From: Lama guanicoe
Taxonomy: Eukaryota
Reading direction: 5' to 3'
Assembly (NCBI GenBank): GCA_013239625.1
Contig: MU054323.1
Span: 19,052,819 to 19,116,818, forward strand
Length of the DNA stretch: 64,000 nucleotides
Below are positions 49,101 through 60,585 of this stretch, piece by piece (position 1 is the stretch's first letter; every line of letters starts with the position of its first letter). The notes under the pieces were generated by a model that did no database searches, was not told where the DNA came from, and was given only the letters and a program-made list of their open reading frames with translations. Position numbers and translations under genes: made by a program.

Positions 49101-50409
49101 CAGTGCTACTGAGTTCTTTCAACCCTAAACCATAATGAATGTAGTCTGCTGCTGCCTTTGATATATTGTGTATTTTTTGAAAAGTCACTCAGAGACCTCT
49201 ATTTCAGTTACCTCACCCATAAAAGAGGGAACACATTTCCCATTTGACCTCAGACATGTTTTGTGGGTAAACGGGATGTTAAGACATTATGCAAAAGACT
49301 ATAAAGGACCACACAAATGAAGAATAGTTCTGTTGATGCTGAATTGTGATGAATTTAGAATGACATCTGTGTCTTTCCCTAAGATATATCTAAGTTTCCC
49401 TGTACAAGCTGAGTAGATCATTATTTTGTTATAACTGCTTGATCTAAGCCAGCACCATGGATAGGTCCAGTCCTTCAGGAGTCTGTGCTGTTAAGTCCAA
49501 AGGTAAATAGGAATTAGATCCAAAGGAGTTATACCTTTAGATTTCTCTTCAGCTTAAGGTTAAGACCACTTAGGGAAAATACCCAAACATATAAACATGA
49601 AAATCACAGATACATAAACATGCAGATTACAGATTAGGAACCGCATGACATAAGGATGAGTCTCCCAAGTACAAAATTAATGTTTTGTATAAATTAAGAT
49701 GTTACTCTGTTACTTTTAAATAATAATACATATATAGACACAGATATTTTAATTGTTTATCCATCAGTCATTTCTCTTTTTTCTTGTCAATTCTGTTTGT
49801 GGCAATAGTGTTTCAGGCCCAAGTGACGAATCATGATTTGCCTAAGTCAAAAATGTTATCTTTTTCCCCTGTGCCAGATACATACTTTCCTAGCTTCCTT
49901 CAGAGCTGAAATTTCTAAAGAAGAGCTACACCTTTGTTGATATTTTTCAGCCTACATTCAGGCTTCTTGTTGTTTTAAGAATTTAATGCCTTCTTTGTTT
50001 AGTCCTCTGTTCATCTGGTAGTTTGCCTCTTATTGTTTAAGAGATTTTTAAGTTATATGCAATATAAATGTAATGGAGTACATCTCTCAACAGGAATTGT
50101 ATCTTCTTTTTAAATTCTCAGCACCAAAAGTAATGTTTCCCACATGGTGGATGCTAATAAATATATAGTGAATAAAATCAATACAAAATACATACAGAGA
50201 CATGTAGTTATACGTACTCGGGCTTTACAACATGTGGAGAAATTAAATTAACCTATAGTACAAACACTGTGAAGGTGGGGATTTTATCTGTTTTATTGAC
50301 CAGTCTTTTCTGAGCTCCAGGCATAATATTTGGCTACCGTGGGCTCTCATTCCATGTATTTTAATTACTGAATTAAGTGAGTAATAAATAAAACATTAAT
50401 TTTTATGAT

Positions 50410-50600
50410 TACCACAATAACCCTACAAAACGTATCCGGGGAGCATTAATACATACTCGCTATTTACAGATGAAGAAACTGATGCTCAAAATGACTAAAT
50501 TATTCACTCAAGTTCACATTTTTTATAAATGTTAGAACAGGAGCTGAAACCCAGATCTGCCCATACCATGGCTAACACTCTTTGCACATTGCCATGATAC
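50410..50600 (-). mobile_element. MIR SINE
   Basis: 'atttacagatgaagaaactgatgctca...ggagctgaaacccagatctg'. Confidence 0.8.
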
Positions 50601-51061
50601 CATTATGTCGATTTAAAATAGGAGTGAATGTATAAGAATTGGCTTGTACTCTAGCAATTTTGGGGCCAAAAGTTTTCTATAAAAAAAGGTATATCAACTA
50701 GGATGTTTTAACTTGAGGGGTTTTGGATACCACTTTCGGGCTTGGCAACTACCTCTTCTCCATGTTTTCTCTTTTGGAGTTAGGAAACTACACAGAATTC
50801 CCTGGTACGCTTCCCCTCAGGTCTCATCATATGGCCAAGTTACTGTCATATGTCTGTTTCTAAACTAATCTTTGATTCTGGGAATAAGATTGTTATTGAT
50901 TAGAGTGAAATAATGTTGGAGACTTGATCACGATGACTAGTACTTAGGGACAATGCACTATTATAACACTGTGTGCTAATATCATATAAGATTACTTGGG
51001 GAGAGGCAAATATGCATGTCTTTCTCTTTAAAAAAAAAAACCTATTATGGGTCTTGGATAC

Positions 51062-51508
51062 TGAGGCAAATTATACAAACCTAACTAGAAAAGTAAAGAG
51101 TCTGACTTCATTTTTTTATGTTTAACTTCTGATCGCTTTAAGCATCACCCCTTCCCTCTCCCTCTGCCCCATGCCCTGAATCTGGACAAACTGATAAGAA
51201 AGCCTGGGGGCTTCCTCCTTTGGTGCCAGTGGGAAATTCAAGCAATGCAGACCCCTGCTCACCAGCAGAAACCCTCACCTTGGCCCCAGCCTCTTACAGT
51301 AATAAAACCTAAGGCCAGGAATCTTTCCCCACTCTCTTAAGCCAGTTGCAGACCATCTGGGGAGACGTGCCCTTGTCTCCCTGGAAAGCCTTGTTATATA
51401 AGTAATAAAAGTTTGCATACCCTCTTAGTTTGTGTGTGGCATCAATGATAACATCCAATCCAAATTTTGGATGGTGATCTATCTAATCACAGCAGAAAGA
51501 ATGACAGC
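51062..51508 (+). mobile_element. ERV1 solo LTR, MER31-like
   Basis: 'agagtctgacttcatttttt...ctgataagaaagcctggggg...taataaaagtttgcataccctcttagtttgtgtgtggcatca' matches the recalled MER31 consensus. Confidence 0.85.
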
Positions 51509-52732
51509 CATCAGAGATTTATGTAAATATTTGAGGCTCAATTTTCCTGTTGCTGGCAATAAATCAACCTTATTAATAAACCATTCACCTATTATTTATT
51601 GTCTGTGTTTGGGCTGTAACTCTGAAGTCCAAATCGCCTGCTTCTCCACTCCATAACATTCTAACCCTACGTAGTGGTGATTGAAGTTACTCTTGTAGTA
51701 ATTCCTGAATGTTACGCTTTGGTCTCTTCTAATATTTCTGCAAATCACTCCAGGACAGCCTATATTTTAAGTCCCTACGACCTCTGTCTAAGTGAGTTTT
51801 CACATGTTTTTCACTTGATAGAATAGACCTAATCTCTGTATAATGCCCTGCCTGGTAGACTGGAAATTGTGTGAAAGACACAGAAAGAAAAAGAAATGGA
51901 ACAACAACAAAGTAAATGAGAGGGCAACTCTGCTTGAATACGAGACACTCAAATATTTGATGACACTCTGAAAAAGCAAGGGTCATAAATGACCCTTTAG
52001 GTACATTGTTTAAGGTTCTTACACTAATATTCTGAAATATCACTTAAATTATTTTGTTGCTATGTTCAAAAATTCTGTTCTGTTTTCTGCAGCAATGAAT
52101 CTAACCTCCTCCAAAAGGCATTCAAGTTTCCCTTCTGATCACTTTCTAAATTATACATACTCAGTTCTCAATATTGTCATCCCCTTTACTCTAATGATTT
52201 CCCTAGTCTTTAAATTCTCTAGCAACTGACTCATTTTATTCTTTCTGCTGGCAAAGCCTCCTCTTTTTATGTCAAACCATCTAAGTCTCATGCATCTTTC
52301 AAGACTCAGTCAAGCCAGCCATCCCTTCAGTTTACAACTGGTTGACTCTGAATTTTCCTAAAACACACTGTTCTCAGTATTGGTGGTATTAAACAGTGGT
52401 GCAGTCATAGTGTCTGTCCTCAATGTGCTTAGAGTTTAATGAAAAGAGAACCAAGTTAGCCAACAAATATATGAACATTGATTCATTGAATCATAAGATG
52501 CTCTAGAAACATATTGGAAGGGGACCTCAGTAAGTCCTTAAATCCTCTAGCCATCACTGACATTTTCACTCTTCTCACACCTATGTAACCCTTTTCTTGT
52601 ACCATACAATTTAGCACTTTAATTGATATTCTTTTGTGTTTTCAACATTGTTTCAGAAATTGAAGGTGGAGAAACTTTCATTCACTAGATTTCTCCTGGG
52701 GAAGAAAACTATTTCTTGCATGGACATATTTT

Positions 52733-53020
52733 TTTCTTGTTTGTACCTCTCTTTTATTTATTTCTATTGAAGTACAGTCAATTTGCAATCTTGTGATACT
52801 CTCTGGTATACAGCATAGTGATTCAGCTATACGCATACACATATACATATTCTTTTTCATTATAGGCGATTAACAAGGTATTGAATATAGTTTTCTGTGC
52901 TGTATAGTAGCATCTTATTGTTTATTCGTTTTATAATAGTGGTTAGTATCTGCAAATCCCAAATTCCCACTCTATCCTCCCCCTACCCTTTTCTTCCCTG
53001 GTAAGTTTGTTTTCTATGTT
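52733..53020 (-). mobile_element. 5'-truncated young L1 3' end with 13-bp TSD
   Basis: 'tattgaagtacagtca...gtatacagcatagtgattcagctatac'; TSD atggacatatttt (52720-52732) / atggatatatttt (53021-53033). Confidence 0.9.
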
Positions 53021-53273
53021 ATGGATATATTTTGATCAGAAACTTGGGGTGGAGGTTGAAATTGGATGGCATGCACATCTGGCTGAGTTGTTATGAATGA
53101 AAAAATAACAATTCATATTCCTGAAAAATCAAGAGTGAGGGGAAGGAGGAAGAAGAGACAGACACTGAGGAATCAATTAGAGACAGTGGGGAGCCATTCA
53201 GTGTGTGATATGAATCCTCACCGTCACTCTTGAATGTAGCTAAACTAGCAAAATCTGTGATGAACTGCAAATG

Positions 53274-53274
<1 letters not shown>

Positions 53275-53312
<38 letters not shown>
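53275..53312. repeat. (TG)19 microsatellite
   Basis: Directly visible. Confidence 0.97.
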
Positions 53313-53316
<4 letters not shown>

Positions 53317-53584
53317 TTGGACAGAGAGGAAGAGATACGCTTTGTGTCTGACCTGGGTCAAAATAGAGCATTTGGTAAATGAAAGAGTCTCGTATGCAAC
53401 ACATACTAGTGCTAGTACTCTGACTAGGTCATGAGCTTTCTTAAGTTGGGGCTGTGATTCATTTTTCTGTACATCACGGGGAGCAAAGAAGGCATCTAGT
53501 GTTTTATTTTCATTTTTAACAAGTTCTACAATTTTTGACAAATACAGTGTTTGGGGATGTGGTGGAAGTTAACAGAGACAGAAG

Positions 53585-53880
53585 GAGACGACGTTCCTGG
53601 ATGTGAATGCACGCTTATTAAATAACCAGCCAGCTCTGAATGTTGCTTCTCGCTGAGGATTTCCACAGGCTCAGTAGCACGGCTTTTCTGCCTTTCTGAT
53701 AGCCTGAGTGACGTTCAGCTCCAGACATGCTGAATGTGATTAAACAACACGAGTAACAGCACGCCTCCGGAGAACAGTGTGTGGCCGTCTGTGCCGCGTG
53801 GTGGGAGGGACTGGCTCTGTGCCGCCTGTCAAAATGCATAACCTTCCGGGCCGGAAAGGTCATGGCCGTTTCCTGTGTGT
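53585..53880. promoter_or_regulatory. Local CpG-rich non-repeat patch, candidate enhancer
   Basis: 16 CpGs counted in ~290 bp against a CpG-depleted background; ETS and NBRE motifs present. Function is inferred only. Confidence 0.4.
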
Positions 53881-54394
53881 GGATACAGCAAAGCTACTGA
53901 ATGTCTGCTTGACCAGAAAATGTCCTTGGTCAATGGACACCAGGGGGAAAACAACCCCTGTGCTATAATGAGATTTACTTCCAAAGGCTTGGAGGAGAAA
54001 CGGTTGGTCAACTCTGACAAAATTGTAATGCCAAAGAAGCGGGTGTGCTACTCATCGTATTAATACTCACTGATAATAGCTTTGTAATTATATTCCAGAA
54101 GCCCTTCAAGTTGCCTTTTTTTTTTTTCTGTTGCTAGTGGAACTTTCCATGACATTTCTCATTGAAACCCCATGGGTTTCAACCCTTTCATGGTTACCCA
54201 GTCTCTTTGGTAGCAAACGTAATTCAAGCTTCACCTGCAGTGGAGTTTCAGCAGTCCAGTTTCAGACTGTCTCAGAGCTGTAGACTTCATGGTTGTCTGC
54301 AGACTTTGGAATGAGGGTCTCTGGAGGCTGCAGCCGGGTTCCCGTATGTATAAACACAACAGGGGTGCTTCTGATGTGGTTAGTCTCAGATTCT

Positions 54395-54525
54395 TGCTCA
54401 AAGCAGGCTGCCTGGTCCCTACCACCCCAAGGTACTGGATTTAAAAGTCTACAGCAGGACCCTAAACCTTCCATTTTTAACAAGGATTCCTGGGATGATT
54501 CTGTAAGTCATCCTTCACTTGAAAG
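54395..54525. mobile_element. MER5-like (hAT-Charlie) fragment
   Basis: 'gcaggctgcctggtccctacc...ccatttttaacaaggattcctgggatgattctg'. Confidence 0.5.
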
Positions 54526-55289
54526 ATAAAAAAAAAAAGCCAAACTACTCCCATCTGTTTTACATAATACCGACCACATAGTTTAATATTTTCATTGATG
54601 TTATTAGTTGTTTTGACAGCAGTTGGACAGCACCTCAGAGTCTGTTTCACACATTTAGACACAGTGAAAACCAAACAGAAAATAAGAGGGAAATTAACTA
54701 TAAAATGCACTGCTCTATAAGGGAGCTAGTAGAATATTTGCAAACAATAAAGAGGTATAAATTGAAAGGAATTGAGAAATTAATCTGGAATCTTATGTGC
54801 TATATTTTAATAAGAAAAAAATAAACTATATTACTGTAAAAAAAAAAGTCATTAAGGAGCTTCTTTATTCCAGGAAATAACAGATCTTTCTCAGAAGACA
54901 GATGCTTTTAGCTCCCATCTCACTGAATATTTGGGGAAATAGCTGAAAAAATACCTCTGAGGCTGTGAAATGTTACAAAACAGCCTCCATAGGATCTCAT
55001 AATTCTGAAGGAGGTTCAGGAATGGCACTGACAGGCTAGCAAATTCCATCAAATAACATTAGAAAACATGAGGACTATTAATCATGTAAGAGAAAGAGGC
55101 GAAAGTTTTAAGAAATTCCTCATAGAGTCTGGAATTCTATCGTTGAAAAAGATTCAGTAGTTCCTATGGGAGAAAGATGTCTATTATGAGAAAGTAGAAA
55201 TAGTCATTTATTCACATCTATTTCCTAGTCGCAAGACTTGAGCATGGGTTTGAGGGGCAGCTGATTTCTGTGTCTACGCTTTTGTTTGT

Positions 55290-55398
55290 ACGGTCATCAG
55301 TCATCTCTGTTTGCCTGGGATTGAGCGGTTTTGTGGGACACAGATCTAGCAACTAAAACAGGCCAAGTCAGGCACACTGGGCAGAGCTGCTCATCCTA
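55290..55398. mobile_element. MER94 (hAT-Blackjack) MITE within an old MLT1 LTR (~55230-55780)
   Basis: 'tttgcctgggattgagcggttttgtgggacac...ctaaaacagg...actgggcagagctgctcatcct'. Confidence 0.7.
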
Positions 55399-56254
55399 GT
55401 TCGTTGTCTCCACACCCCCGCATCCTGGTTGGAGAGGGACTAGCCTAGCCCCAGCTCCTTCACCATGGGGATTGGTTCAGGCAAGGATATAACCTACATA
55501 GGTTTGATGTGTGCAAAGCCAAGAACTTTCACTTGGTAATTTGAATAAGAGAAGTTCTCCCTTTCGAGGTGGTCTTGTGTTCATACAAATAAAAACCAGA
55601 ACTGCAACAGTCATCGTTATTTACTACAAGGAAGAAGGGAGGCAACTGACACACGGAGGAGGGTAGGGTCCTAAAAACAGCGGAGAGGAACTGGAATCTT
55701 GATGACAGTGGTGCCTTCTCTAGTAACGGTTCTCTAAAACCTACTCCACCCCAGGACTATTTTAAGTAGTCCAATAAATTTCATCACCTGTATTCCTTAT
55801 AATTTCATAGTGTACATGTAAAGTTTTAAAGAGTATGGAATAAGTTAACTGCCAAGTTGGCCCCATGCAGCTTGAATGGAATGTTATTTACACCTCAGAA
55901 ATTCACTGTCTCCTCCTACCGATGACTTTCCTGTCGCGTTGTCCAGGGATGACTATAGTCCTGATTATTGTAGGATCATTCCCATGCTTTTCTTTATGGT
56001 TATATCACCTATGTATTCATTCATAAACCATTAGTATTTTCACCTTACCTATTTCGCTTTTAATAAAATAGAAGCATGTGGTAGTATTATTATGTAACAT
56101 GCTTTTGGAGATTCATTTATGTTGAAGCATGCAGCTATAGTTTATTTTCCTGTTAAATATTTTTCTGCTTTCATCTTTTTTCTCTGCTTTTCTGTATATT
56201 TATGCGCTAAATGCATCAGAGGTAAAGAGCAATGTCTGAATTTTTGTTTCTTAT

Positions 56255-58362
56255 TTTTTAATAGAATTTATGTTTTCAAAGCATTTTTGGTTTACAGCCT
56301 AACTGGGCAAAAAGTGTCGGTTTCCATATACCCCTGGCCCCATACACACAACACACTTCCCTACTATCCACATTCTACACCACAGCGGTGCATTTGGTGG
56401 TGTACATTCCATGAGTTTTGACAAATGTATAATGCCGTGTATCCACTGTAATATGATACGGAATAGTTTCACTGCCCTAAAAATTCTCTGTGCTCTGCCA
56501 ATTCATCTCTCCCTGCCTCATTTTCAGCTCCTGGCAACCAATAGTCTTGTCTCCACAGATTTGCCTTTTCCAGAATGTCATAAAAGTGGAATCATAGAGG
56601 CTTTTCAGCCTTTTCCTTTCACTTAGGGATATGCATTTAACTTTCCTCCAAGTCTTTTCATGGCTCGACAGCTCATTTCTTTTCAGTGCTGAATAATATT
56701 CCATTACCTGGTCATATCACAGTGTATTTATCCATTCATCTACTGAAAGACATCTTAACTGCTTCCAAGTTTTGGCAATTATGAATAAAGCTGCTTATAA
56801 ACATCTGTGTGCAGGTATTTTTATGGACATAAGTTTTTAATACCTCCTTGGTAAATACCAAGGAGTACAATTGCTGGCTTGTATGGTAATAGTATGTTCA
56901 GTTTTGTAGGAAACCACCAAAGTGTCTTCCAGCATGGCTATACCATTTTGTATTTAGACCAGCAATGAATGAGAGTTTTTGTTGCTCTGTGTCCTTTCAA
57001 GCTTTTGCTTTTGCCAGCATTCTACATTTTGATCACTCTCATAGATGAATAGTGGTATCTCCTTGTTTTAACTTGCATTTCCCTGAAGACGTATGATGTG
57101 AAACATCCTTACATATGCTTATTTTCTACATGTATCTCTTTCTTGGTGAAGTGTCCAGGTCTTCTGTCACTTTTTTTCTTCCAGTTTTATTGTGATATAA
57201 TTGATACACAGCACTGTGTAGTTGAAGGTATATAGCATGATAGTTTGACTACATTATGAAATAGTTATCACAGCAAGTTTAGTGAATATCCATCATTTCA
57301 TATAGATTTAAAAATTGAAGACATAGGAAAAAATGTTTTCCTTGTGAGGAGAACCCTTAGGATTTACTCTTTTCATAAACTTTCATGTATATTATACAGC
57401 AGTGTTAATTATATTATGTTCTCTGTTACATCCCCAGTACTTATTTATCATATGACTGGAAGTTTGTACCTTTTGACTGCCTTGTTCCAATTCCCCCTCG
57501 CTCATCCCCTGCTTCTGGTAACCACAAATCTAATCTCTTTTTCTTTTCAGTTTTTGTTGTTGTTTGAAGTATGATTAACCTACAACACTATGTTAGTTCT
57601 TCATACACAATTTAGTGATTGGATATTTCTATACATTTTTAAATAATTACCACAATAACCCCTTTTTTAATTGGGTTGTTCATTTACATATTACTGAGTT
57701 TTAAGAGTCCCTTGTATATTTTGGATAGCAGTTCTTTATCAGCTGTTCCCTTCCCAAATATTTTCTCCCAGTCTACAATTTGTCTTCTCTCTTGACATTA
57801 TCTTTCACAGAGCAGAAGATTTTAATTTTAACAAAGCCCAGTTTAGCAATTATTTCTTTCGTGGATCATGCCTTTGGTGTTGTATCTAAAAACTCAGTCA
57901 TATCTAAGGCCATCTAGATTTCCTCTTATAATAGTGTCCAGGAGTTTTATAGTTTTGCATTTGACATTTAAGTATATGATCATTTTGCATTATCTTTTGT
58001 GAAGAGTGTAAGGTCTGTGTCTAGTTTCTTTTTTGGTTCTGTTTTGTTTTGCACATGAATATCCTGGTGTCCCAGCACCACTTGCTGAAAAGGCTGTCTT
58101 TCTTCCACTGCAATGCCTTGGCTCCTTTGTCAAAGAACAGTTCAGTATATTTATAGTTGAGTGTATTTACAGTTGAGCTCTTTCTGGGCTGTCTATTCTG
58201 TTCTATTGATCTATTTGTTTATTCTTTCTTCAATACCACACTGTCTTGATTACTACAGCTTTATGCTAAGTCTTGAAGTCAAATAGTGTAAGTTCACCAA
58301 CTCTTCTTCTCCTTCAGCATTGAATTGATTATTCTGAGTCTTTTGCCTCTCCATATAAACTT
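56255..58362 (-). mobile_element. L1MC1-like 3'UTR and ORF2 end, containing a nested L1
   Basis: ORF 56477..56704 MEYYSALKRNELSSHEKTWRKVKCISLSERKR; 'gaatagtttcactgccctaaaaattctctgtgctc'. Confidence 0.9.
57170..57658 (-). mobile_element. Younger laurasiatherian-type L1 3'UTR nested in the L1MC1-like element
   Basis: New T tail and 'ccagttttattgtgatataattga...catccccagtacttattt'; the host L1 resumes at 'ttttttaattgggttg'. Confidence 0.8.
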
Positions 58363-59278
58363 TTTAAAAAACTATAAAAAAGTTTATACATATCCAAAAT
58401 TTCTTTTTACTATTTTATGTTTTGTCTTTTATCTGGAAATTTTAGTCTCTTTATTGTATTTTGATTAATAATATATTTGTATTTTACTACTGTCATATTT
58501 TGTACACACTTTAGTTTACATCTAGATTTTTGAAAATCCATCTGATCTTAAACAATTAGAAAAGATGTGATTTATAACATTGTAAAATTTGACATTTAAA
58601 ATAAAACTGATTAACATGTATCATTTCTTTATATATTTCCAATGGTGTACTAATACTACAGCAATTTGCTACTAACATAAACCACTTAAAATGAACAAAT
58701 TCTCTTCTTTACTATTAAAAATTTTACATTGCTCCCTTTCCACATGAATTTGTACTTTCACTCTACTTCAATAGAATTTTATACTAATGTAATATAATTT
58801 TATGCTTGAAAGTATTTTAGTAATCACCCTGTCATTCTTCTCCACAATAAAACTGTATATAATTGGAAAACTTAATTACTTTCCTATGACCACATGGATT
58901 TGTGTGCTAATATTTTTTCTCAGTCGAATTCTCATTCCAATTATTATTAACGTAAAACACCAAAGCTTGAATATTTGATGAACACATATTAAATATAAAA
59001 AGAAAAATTACGTTGGAATACATTTCTTCTTGAGGTGAATAGGTAGTGGTGTACGTTACGTTGTCTTTTAGGACTGTTCACCTGGAGTAAGTTACCTGGA
59101 GTAAGTAAGAGTCAAATTGTTTGAGAGGTAACCCTAGAGCCTTGACGGCACAGGAAAAAAAGGGGGCAATTGTAAAAGGTAGGTGAATGAGAACCAGCAT
59201 GATTCAACCAAGAGCACACACTTGCTCAGGCAGGTAAGTTTATAATAGAGAACAAATAGACATGAAGGCTCTGGTTAA

Positions 59279-59643
59279 TCAGCCATAAAAAGAAATGGAG
59301 CGCTGATACATGGCACAACATGGATGAACTTTCAAAACATTAGGTAGAATGAAGTAAGCCAATCACTAAATGCTGAATATTACAGAGTCCGTGTATATGA
59401 AGTGTGAAAAAGAGGCAGATGCAGAGGCATAGGGAGTAGCTTCATGATTTCCTGGGGCAGGAGAATGTGTAATGAGCAGTGACTGACCATGGGTACAGGT
59501 TTGTGGTTTACTGTTTTGAGGTGATAAAAATGTTTTGAAATTGGATAGCGGTGATGGTTGTACAACCTTGTGAATATACTAAAGATTACTGAAACGTACA
59601 GTTTAAAAGGGTGACTTTTATAGTATATGAATTATATCTCAAT
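59279..59643 (+). mobile_element. L1MB-like 3' end
   Basis: 'cagccataaaaagaaatg...caacatggatgaact...ggtgatggttgtacaaccttgtgaatatactaaa...tgaattatatctcaat'. Confidence 0.88.
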
Positions 59644-60420
59644 TTTCCAAATCTGTGGTTATATAGCATGTTTTTGCATACCCTTACGTACTTGCATCAC
59701 CCACTTGAAATAGTGCTGTCTTATGAAATCTCATGAATCAAAGGACAGCCATCAGTTTCTTCTATGAAATATCTAGATATATAAAATTTGATAGTAAAAC
59801 AACAAACACCTGGGTACCACCAAGTTTCAGCAATAAAATTTACAAGTTTACTTCTGTGTAGCTATCCCTTTTACCTTCCTATCTTCCTGCTTAGAAATAA
59901 ATATTATCCTATATTTGGTATTGCTCAAACATATTTGTCCAAAAATAACATAAAATACTGTTTACTGCCAGTCTTTAGTTTTGATGGTTCTACATCAACT
60001 TAAAACCCTCCCATCCCTTTGTCTTTCTCCTTGATCCCATCCCATTATCATTCCTCCTTGCCTTCACCTTACTGATAAGCTCCGATGGGTTTCTGAACCT
60101 AGAGTAGAAGTAGGATCTATCTGTATGACCAGCACAATTTCTGGGAGACAGCTCATTTTCTTGCCTCTGCCAAAGATCTGCTCTGTGCAGGGAGATCTCT
60201 GTTGCAGGCACTCCACCACTCTGCCTGGAAGCCAACCCTGAGTTGTGTATGCATAAACGTTTTCACTTGCAATATCAAGAGGAAAATATCTACAGCAGAC
60301 AGGCTCCACATTCAATAGCTCCTTCAATAGAATCTGCTTTTAAATTTCTCCTTAAGTGCAAAGAAAATGAGTTTGTTTGAAAACCGGTTGTTCCCTGGAG
60401 TAAATATTTGCACATTATGA

Positions 60421-60585
60421 CTATTAACTGTTAATATTAATAAATATAATGTATGCATATGTACAATATTATGTATTATAATATATAGTTGATAATTATC
60501 AATGATATTGATAATGAGTAATATATGCAATTAATAACATGATGTAACATGCATATAGTATACATAATATTAACAACTATTAATG
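60421..60585. repeat. AT-rich low-complexity tract with imperfect inverted symmetry
   Basis: Directly visible; see findings. Confidence 0.75.

Noticed and set aside
53245..53541. ORF with an HT dipeptide run
   Set aside because: Translation of the (TG)19 microsatellite.
59072..59233. Cryptic 162-bp exon (ttttag acceptor, CAG|GTAAGT donor) containing a 13-bp tandem duplication acctggagtaagt
   Set aside because: Stops in all three frames and a short pyrimidine tract; such pseudo-exons are common.
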